Origin: Aeropyrum pernix K1
Lineage (GTDB): Archaea; Thermoproteota; Thermoprotei_A; Sulfolobales; Acidilobaceae
DNA: 32,000 nt
NCBI RefSeq assembly: GCF_000011125.1
Contig: NC_000854.2
Span: forward strand, 450,001 to 482,000
Direction: 5' to 3'
The notes under the pieces are model-generated. The model was not told the DNA's origin, did not search any database, and worked only from the letters and a program-made list of their open reading frames with translations. This document shows positions 26,453 through 32,000 of this stretch, in pieces. The position numbers were made by a program, and so were the translations under genes. Position 1 is the first letter of the stretch. Every line of letters begins with the position of its first letter.

Positions 26453-28012
26453 ATGGGGAGGCCCTGCGTGTATGAGCCGCGGAGAGGTGTCGTGCATCCC
26501 TTGCCTGTTAGGAGGCGGCGTCAAACCCTGTTTACGGCTCTCCAGTATCTAGGGCTTATACTTATGGTGACTAGCCTGCCCTTCACAGCATCCGGCCTGG
26601 TGGGCCTTCTACTTTGGAGCGGCCGTAGCATGGCAGAGTTCAGGGTTGCCTCGGAGCTCCTCGCCTCCGGGGTGGTGCTCGTACTTGTGGGTCTCCTCCT
26701 GTCGAGGGCTCCTGGGGGGCTGCTCGGTAAGGGTGACGCAGTGTTTATCACAGTTGCAACATGGCTCTCGGTCCCCCTGTTCTCCGCCGCTCTAATGTCG
26801 GAGATCCTGGATATACCTTATGTTGATGCCCTGCTCGAGACGGTGGCCGGGTGGACTACCACTGGCCTCTCAATACTCACTGGTGCTGAGAGCAGCAGCG
26901 GCGGGTATGTGCCCAGCGTTGATGAGATACCCGAGTCTGTCAAGCTTTGGAGGAGCATGCTGCAGTGGGTTGGTGGAGTGGGTATTGTGGTGTTCACCGT
27001 CGCCTTCCTCGCCAGGCCCGGAATCTCGGCCGCCGCACTGTATATAGCGGAGGGTAGGTTCGAGAGGCTGGAGGCGAGTTTGAAGGCCAGCGCTATAAGG
27101 ATGACTCTAGTCTACATGGTGTACACCCTCCTGGGGGCACTTATAATATATCTGTCGGGCATGAGCCTCTCCGACGCTATACAGCATAGTATGACGGCCA
27201 TATCGACCGCAGGCTTCTCGACGCACGCCGACAGCGTGGGCTTCTATAAGGGAGACTACGCCGTCTACGCCTCAACCCTGCTGGTATCCTTCCTCGGCGC
27301 ACTCAGCTTCGTTGATCTCGACAACATTATGAGGCTCAGGCTGGGGAGGGTGTTGAGGAGCGTGGAGTTCAGGGTTATAGCGGGCCTAACAGCCTTGTCA
27401 GCGGCGGCGGCCGCCGCTGTATGGTATATAGACCCTGTGATGAGGAGCTCCTACACGCTTGCAGACACTATCTACAACAGCGTCTCCGGCTACATAACAG
27501 TGGGCTTCTCAACCGCCAGCCTGGAGGGGGCTAGCGACAGCTACAAGCTATTGATAGCGGCCCTAGGCCTCATAGGCGGCAGCGCCTTCAGCACGGCGGG
27601 GGGTATAAAGGTGCTCAGGCTGGCAATAGCGCTGAAGACTCTGGACGTAGAGACGACGAGGATACTGAAGCCGAGCAGCTACGTCCCGAAGAACCTGATA
27701 GGCGGGAGAAGGCTGACAGAGGACATGGTTAAGAGGAGCCTGGCAGTCATAATAGCGTTCGCCACCGTCGAGATCCTCCTGGGACTCACGGCCGTAGCCC
27801 TCTACTCCGACATATACCCCACGGTAGACATAATATTCGATGTGACGAGCGCCCTAGCAAACATAGGACTCTCCACGGGAGTCACATCCCCCGAGGCGCC
27901 CACAGGGTTGAAAGTAATACTGATAGCGGGGATGCTGCTGGGCAGGCTGGAGATACTCCCGTACATAGTGGCCGCGAAATACCTAGTGGAATCTGTCAGA
28001 GCTAGAACCTGA
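26453..28012 (+). CDS. TrkH/KtrB-type potassium uptake membrane protein
   Basis: 519 aa with four repeated pore-like segments: VAGWTTTGLSIL, MTAISTAGFSTHA, VSGYITVGFSTAS, SALANIGLSTGV. Confidence 0.92.
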   Translation: MGRPCVYEPRRGVVHPLPVRRRRQTLFTALQYLGLILMVTSLPFTASGLVGLLLWSGRSMAEFRVASELLASGVVLVLVGLLLSRAPGGLLGKGDAVFITVATWLSVPLFSAALMSEILDIPYVDALLETVAGWTTTGLSILTGAESSSGGYVPSVDEIPESVKLWRSMLQWVGGVGIVVFTVAFLARPGISAAALYIAEGRFERLEASLKASAIRMTLVYMVYTLLGALIIYLSGMSLSDAIQHSMTAISTAGFSTHADSVGFYKGDYAVYASTLLVSFLGALSFVDLDNIMRLRLGRVLRSVEFRVIAGLTALSAAAAAAVWYIDPVMRSSYTLADTIYNSVSGYITVGFSTASLEGASDSYKLLIAALGLIGGSAFSTAGGIKVLRLAIALKTLDVETTRILKPSSYVPKNLIGGRRLTEDMVKRSLAVIIAFATVEILLGLTAVALYSDIYPTVDIIFDVTSALANIGLSTGVTSPEAPTGLKVILIAGMLLGRLEILPYIVAAKYLVESVRART

Positions 28013-28143
28013 CAACCTACTTCCCTTTTATGCCCGCCGGCTCGCCTACCCAAGCGCAGCTAAGGCGGATTACCCCGGTTAGAATCCAAGCGAGTCTCCG
28101 GGAGCCTGCATGAAGTAAACTATAGCGCTGGGACCGGGGGGCG

Positions 28144-29115
28144 GTGGTGTGGTGCGGGGGGTGGGATTTGAACCCACGCAGGCCTACGCCAACGGGTCTT
28201 AAGCCCGCCCCCTCTAAGCCATTCTCATCGATGGTAATTGAAAAGAGAGATTCGGGTGATGGAGAATCGGAGCCTAGTTTTAAGCAGGATGGAGGGTTGA
28301 TTGTTTCTGAAACTCTGGCTTCCAGGTTTCTCGAGTGGCTGGACCTGCCAGAGGACTCGAGGCAGCTGAGGGACTACAGGAACAACCTGAGGCTGCTTAT
28401 AGGAAAGCCACTGGACTGTGCTACTCTCCATGAGTTCGCTAGCCAGAGCAAGAGGAAGTATGAGACCGCCTCGAGGCTGCTGAGCTTCGTGGCCAGCAAG
28501 AGGGGCTTGGGGCTTAGGCAGCTTGCAGCGGAGCTTAGGGAGTGCCTGGGCAAGAAGCCTAGGAGCGGCAGCGACACCTACGTGCCCCCAGACTCGAGTA
28601 TCCTCGAGGCTGCTAGAAGGCTCGAGGGGACTAGAGTCTACCACGTGTTCCTCCTGCTGGTGGGCTCGGGTGCCAGGCTCTCCACGGTACACTGGCTGCT
28701 GCGCCAGGGCCTCGACTCCTCGAGGCTAGTCTGCCTTGAGGATAGGGGGTTCTGCAGGTACCACGTCGACTACGTTAAGGGCGAGAAGCTCCAGTGGGCC
28801 CTCTACAGTCCTAGGGAGTTCTGGGAGAGAGTACTCGAGGAGCCCAGGCTAACCCTGTCCTACAACAGGGTCCAGGAGCAGATAGCGGGGGCTGGCGTCA
28901 AAGCCAAGCACATTCGAAACTGGGTCTACAACAAGATGCTATCCCTAGGGATGCCCGAGGGCGTAGTCGAATTCATAGTAGGCCATAAGGCGTCGAGCAT
29001 TGGAAGAAGACACTACATGAACATGATAGTCCAGGCTGACATGTGGTACACAACATACTTGCCCGTAATCCCGAAAAGCCTTAAACTAAGCTGCACCACA
29101 TGCTATGAGGGTTAA
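28144..29115 (+). CDS. SSV-type (fusellovirus-like) tyrosine integrase, C-terminal fragment Int(C)
   Basis: 323-aa ORF beginning with translated antisense tRNA (GGWDLNPRRPTPTGLKPAPSKP) followed by catalytic-domain features GSGARLST...KAKHIRNWVYNKM...VGHKASSIGRRHYMNM. The first residues come from host flank/att DNA. Confidence 0.88.
   Translation: MVWCGGWDLNPRRPTPTGLKPAPSKPFSSMVIEKRDSGDGESEPSFKQDGGLIVSETLASRFLEWLDLPEDSRQLRDYRNNLRLLIGKPLDCATLHEFASQSKRKYETASRLLSFVASKRGLGLRQLAAELRECLGKKPRSGSDTYVPPDSSILEAARRLEGTRVYHVFLLLVGSGARLSTVHWLLRQGLDSSRLVCLEDRGFCRYHVDYVKGEKLQWALYSPREFWERVLEEPRLTLSYNRVQEQIAGAGVKAKHIRNWVYNKMLSLGMPEGVVEFIVGHKASSIGRRHYMNMIVQADMWYTTYLPVIPKSLKLSCTTCYEG
28150..28222 (-). other. 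3' portion of a tRNA-Leu (anticodon UAA) gene, 5' part missing: attachment site (att) of integrated element
   Basis: Minus strand ...GGGGGCGGGCTTAAGACCCGTTGGCGTAGGCCTGCGTGGGTTCAAATCCCACCCCCCGCACCA: anticodon loop CTTAAGA, variable arm, T arm and 3' acceptor strand CCCCCGC-A-CCA. The expected 5' GCGGGGG acceptor strand and D arm are absent upstream. Confidence 0.9.
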
Positions 29116-29120
29116 CACCC

Positions 29121-29143
29121 TTTTAGGACTACCGCGCCTAAAA
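29121..29143 (+). terminator. Candidate terminator hairpin downstream of int
   Basis: ttttagg-actaccgcg-cctaaaa, perfect 7-bp inverted repeat starting 6 nt after the int stop codon. Confidence 0.35.
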
Positions 29144-29412
29144 GAGAGGGGTCGGAAAACTACAAAAGCAGAACGAGAAGGGGTGAGGGGCTGTGATGAG
29201 CGGCTTGGAATCGTAGCCGCTTAGGCTATGACGGAGCGGTGACCTGGACCCGCTACGTCTTTTTTGTCCCTGGACTGAGCCCCCACCCCCCAATTAGTCC
29301 TGTAGGCCCATTTGGGCCTATAGGCCTTTTGGCCATGTTTGGCCACTGGTCTGTTTATCTGTTTGGGCATTAGCTTTAAATCGGGGGCACCTCTCTAATG
29401 CGTAGAATGGGG

Positions 29413-29799
29413 TTAAATACCCCTATTTCTCATTCTATCCCAAGTCTTGTGCCCTGGCAGATAATGTAGCAGGCTCCTGTAAGGCTCCTCTAGCTTCACA
29501 GCCTGGCTTAGCACCCCCCTATACTCTACTAGGAGCTGGTGCCAGTGCTTGCCTGGGCAGAATATGACTTTCCTGCCTCTGCGGAGCCTTCTTACGACTT
29601 CGAGCTCCGCCAGGCGTCTTATCGCCCTCTCGACCGTGTGCCACTCTGGGCGCTCGTGCTTGGGGAGGGCGTAATGTATCCAGCTCCTTAGCCCCTGGTA
29701 GGTGAAGCACCTTGAGGTCCTGCCTTCCCTGTAGACGTAGCGGTAGATCAGTATGAGTGTTCGGCGCTCGCTGGGTGCTAGGCTGTTAAGCGTCAGCAT
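29413..29799 (-). CDS. Provirus-encoded hypothetical protein, possible winged-helix DNA-binding fold
   Basis: 128-aa ORF, RTLILIYRYVYREGRTSRCFTYQGLRSWI...VERAIRRLAELEVVRRLRRGRKVIF resembles a wHTH helix pattern plus wing. Confidence 0.6.
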   Translation of the reverse strand: MLTLNSLAPSERRTLILIYRYVYREGRTSRCFTYQGLRSWIHYALPKHERPEWHTVERAIRRLAELEVVRRLRRGRKVIFCPGKHWHQLLVEYRGVLSQAVKLEEPYRSLLHYLPGHKTWDRMRNRGI

Positions 29800-30055
29800 G
29801 CTCGGCCCGCCTCTCCAGGAGCATCGAGTAGAAGCTGGATGTCTGGCTCATAACGCCAGCGATGAAGGCGGCATACATGGCCTTGCACGGGTTGCCCCTA
29901 AGACGGCTCCATATTTCAGCAAGGACCAAGTCCCATCTCCCGTGTTTCGCAGCTAGATCAACTATACCGTCCATTATCTCCACGGCCTCGCTAATGGTCA
30001 GCCCCATTCTCTCGTGCAACCTGGGCTTCTCGTATGGTAAGCAATACATCATCAA
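29786..30055 (-). CDS. Provirus-encoded hypothetical protein
   Basis: 89-aa ORF overlapping the next by 14 nt and separated by 3 nt from the upstream ORF, an operon arrangement. Confidence 0.55.
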   Translation of the reverse strand: MMMYCLPYEKPRLHERMGLTISEAVEIMDGIVDLAAKHGRWDLVLAEIWSRLRGNPCKAMYAAFIAGVMSQTSSFYSMLLERRAEHADA

Positions 30056-30058
30056 GAA

Positions 30059-30400
30059 TCAACCCCTAGACTCCAGCTCTACCCTTAGCTTCCCGTTGCC
30101 GTCCAGCCTCTGCTTGGCCGCATCTAGAAGCTCTCTGGCCTTCTCCTCGGCCAGTTCTTTCAACACAGCCCGAGTGAGCTCCCTTTCGAGCCCCAGCCTC
30201 GCATCTTCCAGGATTTTTCTTGCCTCTCTCAGCCTCTCAGCGGCTTCCGAGCGCTTCTCCCTGTCCACCGCCATGATCGAGGCATAGCCAGAGTAGCAGG
30301 CGTCGCTGCCTGGGCATAATCTCTTCTCGATCTCGATCAAGACGTTTATGTAATGCTCAATCAGGGCCACGGCCTCAGCAACTACCCAAGACCTAGCCAC
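30059..30400 (-). CDS. Provirus-encoded hypothetical protein, predicted helical/coiled-coil
   Basis: 113 aa, charged heptad-like C-terminal two thirds (REKRSEAAERLREARKILEDARLGLERELTRAVLKELAEEKARELLDAAKQ). Confidence 0.6.
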   Translation of the reverse strand: MARSWVVAEAVALIEHYINVLIEIEKRLCPGSDACYSGYASIMAVDREKRSEAAERLREARKILEDARLGLERELTRAVLKELAEEKARELLDAAKQRLDGNGKLRVELESRG

Positions 30401-30406
30401 CCTCCC

Positions 30407-30673
30407 TCACCCCGTTATTATTGCGCCTATCTTTTCCAGCACCTGCTCGCCCGCCTTGGTCAGGTAGTACTTGCCCTGCCCGTTCTTGTCGACAAGGTTC
30501 AGCGCGAGTAGCTTCTGCATGAGCCCGTGTGCGCTGCTGGGTGGTATGCCCAGCGAGTCGCTTATCTCCTTCAGGCTGGCCCCCTGGGGCTTCTCCCTCA
30601 AAAAACGCAGAGCCCTAAGCTCTCGGACGGAAAGCCTGTCCAGCCAGTTCACACTCGACACCTCACAGACCAA
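30407..30673 (-). CDS. Winged-helix (MarR/IclR-like) transcriptional regulator
   Basis: 88 aa: RELRALRFLREKPQGASLKEISDSLGIPPSSAHGLMQKLLALNLVDKNGQGKYYLTKAGEQVL. Confidence 0.75.
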   Translation of the reverse strand: MVCEVSSVNWLDRLSVRELRALRFLREKPQGASLKEISDSLGIPPSSAHGLMQKLLALNLVDKNGQGKYYLTKAGEQVLEKIGAIITG

Positions 30674-30760
30674 TTCCTAATTTGGAATTTGGAAATATTT
30701 AAGTGTTTACCATTTGGAATTCCAGTTTCCATTTTTAAACTTCCAGATTTGGAATTAAGA
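30673..30760. promoter_or_regulatory. Operator-like array of TGGAA/TTCCA dyads between divergent regulators
   Basis: ATTCC-taatt-TGGAAT (about 30674-30688), perfect TGGAATTCCA (30715-30724), TTCCA-gatt-TGGAA (30741-30754), with AT-rich TATA-like boxes at about 30697-30702 (minus) and 30731-30739 (plus). Confidence 0.6.
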
Positions 30761-30773
30761 ACGGGTTTCTACG

Positions 30774-31433
30774 GTGGCGCTCAGAAAACCCATAGTAAGC
30801 CCCACCACAGCATCTATACTAATACTACTACTACAGAGGGCCCAAGCCTCAAGCGTCGAGCTGGCCGTCGAGCTGGGCGTCTACCCCAGCCAGGTCAACG
30901 CCTATCTGCATTATTACAGGAAGCAGGGTATAGTCGAGAAGAGCGGCGATGTCTGGCGGCTCACAGAAGATGGTTTAAAATATGTGCAGGAGCGCTATGA
31001 TTATTTAACTAATGTGGCTTCGGCTTTCGGAATAAAAATTAATAAAGATGAATCAAGAAGAATAAATCTTTATTCCGAAATTAGAAAGGTCGCTGTTGAG
31101 TGGCTCAACGGCCACGAGGATTGCCTGTTTATCGTCGACTTCCTGGCTTTCCTATATTTCGAGAGGGGTAAGACGTACTTCGAGGCTGGACGGGGGCTGG
31201 CCGACAGCCTGGCAGAGGCCCTGGAAGAGTATAGTAGTGGTGGTTATGTCAGCCCCTTCCGCGTCCAGGAGTGTCTCGCAGAGCTGTCCCAGAGGGGCGT
31301 CGTCTACATCTGGCGGGGGCGGAAGGTCAGGCTGGCCAAGCAGCTTATAGAGGCCGCCCGAAGACAAGCTCCCGCAGCTCCCGCAGCCTCTCGACCACCT
31401 GGACGCCCTTATCCGTCAGGCGGACGCATTTAA
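30774..31433 (+). CDS. Winged-helix regulator with C-terminal extension (provirus)
   Basis: 219 aa: SSVELAVELGVYPSQVNAYLHYYRKQGIVEKSGDVWRLTEDGLKYVQE. Confidence 0.7.
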   Translation: MALRKPIVSPTTASILILLLQRAQASSVELAVELGVYPSQVNAYLHYYRKQGIVEKSGDVWRLTEDGLKYVQERYDYLTNVASAFGIKINKDESRRINLYSEIRKVAVEWLNGHEDCLFIVDFLAFLYFERGKTYFEAGRGLADSLAEALEEYSSGGYVSPFRVQECLAELSQRGVVYIWRGRKVRLAKQLIEAARRQAPAAPAASRPPGRPYPSGGRI

Positions 31434-31629
31434 CCCTTACACCCTTCTCCTCGCTAAAACAAACCGTCTCCTCTATGAGCCCTAGCCTCTTAAGGTGCTC
31501 CACGTTCTGGTAGAACGAGCCCGACCCAGCGAAATCTATAATCTTATGCTGGGGGAGCTCCCTAGCGTTATACCTTATAAACGTTAATAGAAACTTCTCG
31601 ACGCCGCCGCGCTTAAACAACAGCTCCAA
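31345..31629 (-). CDS. Winged-helix regulator (provirus)
   Basis: 94 aa: FIRYNARELPQHKIIDFAGSGSFYQNVEHLKRLGLIEETVCFSEEKGVRVKCVRLTDKGVQVVERLREL; 3' end overlaps the convergent 219-aa ORF by 89 nt. Confidence 0.7.
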   Translation of the reverse strand: MELLFKRGGVEKFLLTFIRYNARELPQHKIIDFAGSGSFYQNVEHLKRLGLIEETVCFSEEKGVRVKCVRLTDKGVQVVERLRELRELVFGRPL

Positions 31630-31677
31630 GGCCTCTCTACCAAGGCTTAGTTTTGCCTGTGTAATTCTTATATGATA

Positions 31678-31693
31678 ATTCGGTATACCGAAT
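31678..31693. promoter_or_regulatory. Perfect 16-bp palindrome ATTCGGTATACCGAAT, candidate operator
   Basis: Lies 49 nt upstream of the 94-aa regulator start and 19 nt upstream of the small membrane ORF start. Confidence 0.5.
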
Positions 31694-31711
31694 CAAGAAG
31701 GGTTGGGATCC

Positions 31712-31879
31712 TTGGCTAGGGCTGGCCCAATAATAATTATTTCCTTAGGGGGGTTTGCATCACTAGTGGTGTTATTCTCAAGGGTGGATCGCGAGATTGC
31801 AGCGTGGCTAGGGCTAGGTGTCATTCTCACCATGATCCTTGCGGTGCTCCTTGGTGGGCATGTTGTGTTTAGACGCTAA
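31712..31879 (+). CDS. Small two-TM membrane protein (provirus), not in the supplied ORF track
   Basis: TTG start; translation LARAGPIIIISLGGFASLVVLFSRVDREIAAWLGLGVILTMILAVLLGGHVVFRR*, two hydrophobic stretches separated by a charged loop. Confidence 0.5.
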   Translation: MARAGPIIIISLGGFASLVVLFSRVDREIAAWLGLGVILTMILAVLLGGHVVFRR

Positions 31880-32000
31880 GTATAAGCCCGTTATTAACCC
31901 GATGAGCCATGCAAGGAACCCCCCGACAAAATATGTTAACTATGTCGACGCATTCCTCTATCAACCCTGTACACCCATCACTTCCCGAATGTTGGCTCCT

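Larger units (their letters stand above)
28150..32000. mobile_element. Left end of an SSV-type integrated virus/plasmid, continuing beyond the window
   Basis: Truncated tRNA-Leu att fused antisense to integrase C-terminal fragment, then a cluster of small winged-helix and unknown ORFs in short operons with AT-rich intergenic regions. Confidence 0.88.

Noticed and set aside
28020-28145. Possible structured RNA between the TrkH gene and the att site
   Set aside because: Short pairings (ccgcc/ggcgg, ctcgc/gcgag) exist and a TATA-like CTTTTATG is upstream, but no coherent fold or known motif could be supported by eye.
29191-29275. Possible C/D box sRNA starting with GTGATGA in the provirus gap
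   Set aside because: A perfect C box is present but no CTGA D or D' box at the expected 8-12 nt guide spacing; kept only as a remark in the gap finding.
1-32000. CRISPR arrays, cas genes, transposases, rRNA genes
   Set aside because: No regularly spaced direct repeats and no recognisable Cas, transposase or rRNA sequences were seen; the only mobile-element signal is the SSV-type integrase region.

Overview
High-GC, AGG/GAGG-rich archaeal window that reads like a hyperthermophilic crenarchaeon. The isocitrate dehydrogenase protein closely resembles what I remember of the Aeropyrum pernix enzyme; this is recall, not a search. Bases 1 to about 28,140 are a dense housekeeping chromosome: V/A-ATPase subunit I, aminotransferase, tRNA-binding EMAP-type protein, panB and a ketopantoate reductase, tRNA-Ala(GGC), thioesterase, DUF211, JAMM protein, metallophosphoesterase, HAD phosphatase, tRNA splicing endonuclease-like subunit, mtnA, ring-cleaving dioxygenase, icd, a three-gene type IV pilus module, deoxyhypusine synthase, tRNA-Gly(GCC), a SerK/ParB-like protein, topoisomerase VI A+B, an orphan molybdenum hydroxylase large subunit, an AGOG-type DNA glycosylase, an enolase-superfamily protein and a TrkH-type transporter. 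At 28,150 the sequence changes to an integrated SSV-type mobile element or provirus. It begins with a truncated tRNA-Leu(UAA) 3' part fused in frame, antisense, to the C-terminal part of a tyrosine integrase, followed by small winged-helix regulators and unknown ORFs running to the window end. The most interesting non-coding signals are: (1) an identical 17-nt sequence embedded in a similar fold (CTGAA ... hairpin ... TGTGAGGAGTTCAGCCT) at two distant loci, each about 25 bp from a candidate TATA box on the minus strand; (2) a mirror-image promoter pair between tRNA-Gly and the SerK-like gene; (3) a TGGAA/TTCCA operator-like array between two divergent provirus regulators; and (4) a perfect 16-bp palindrome next to a third provirus regulator.
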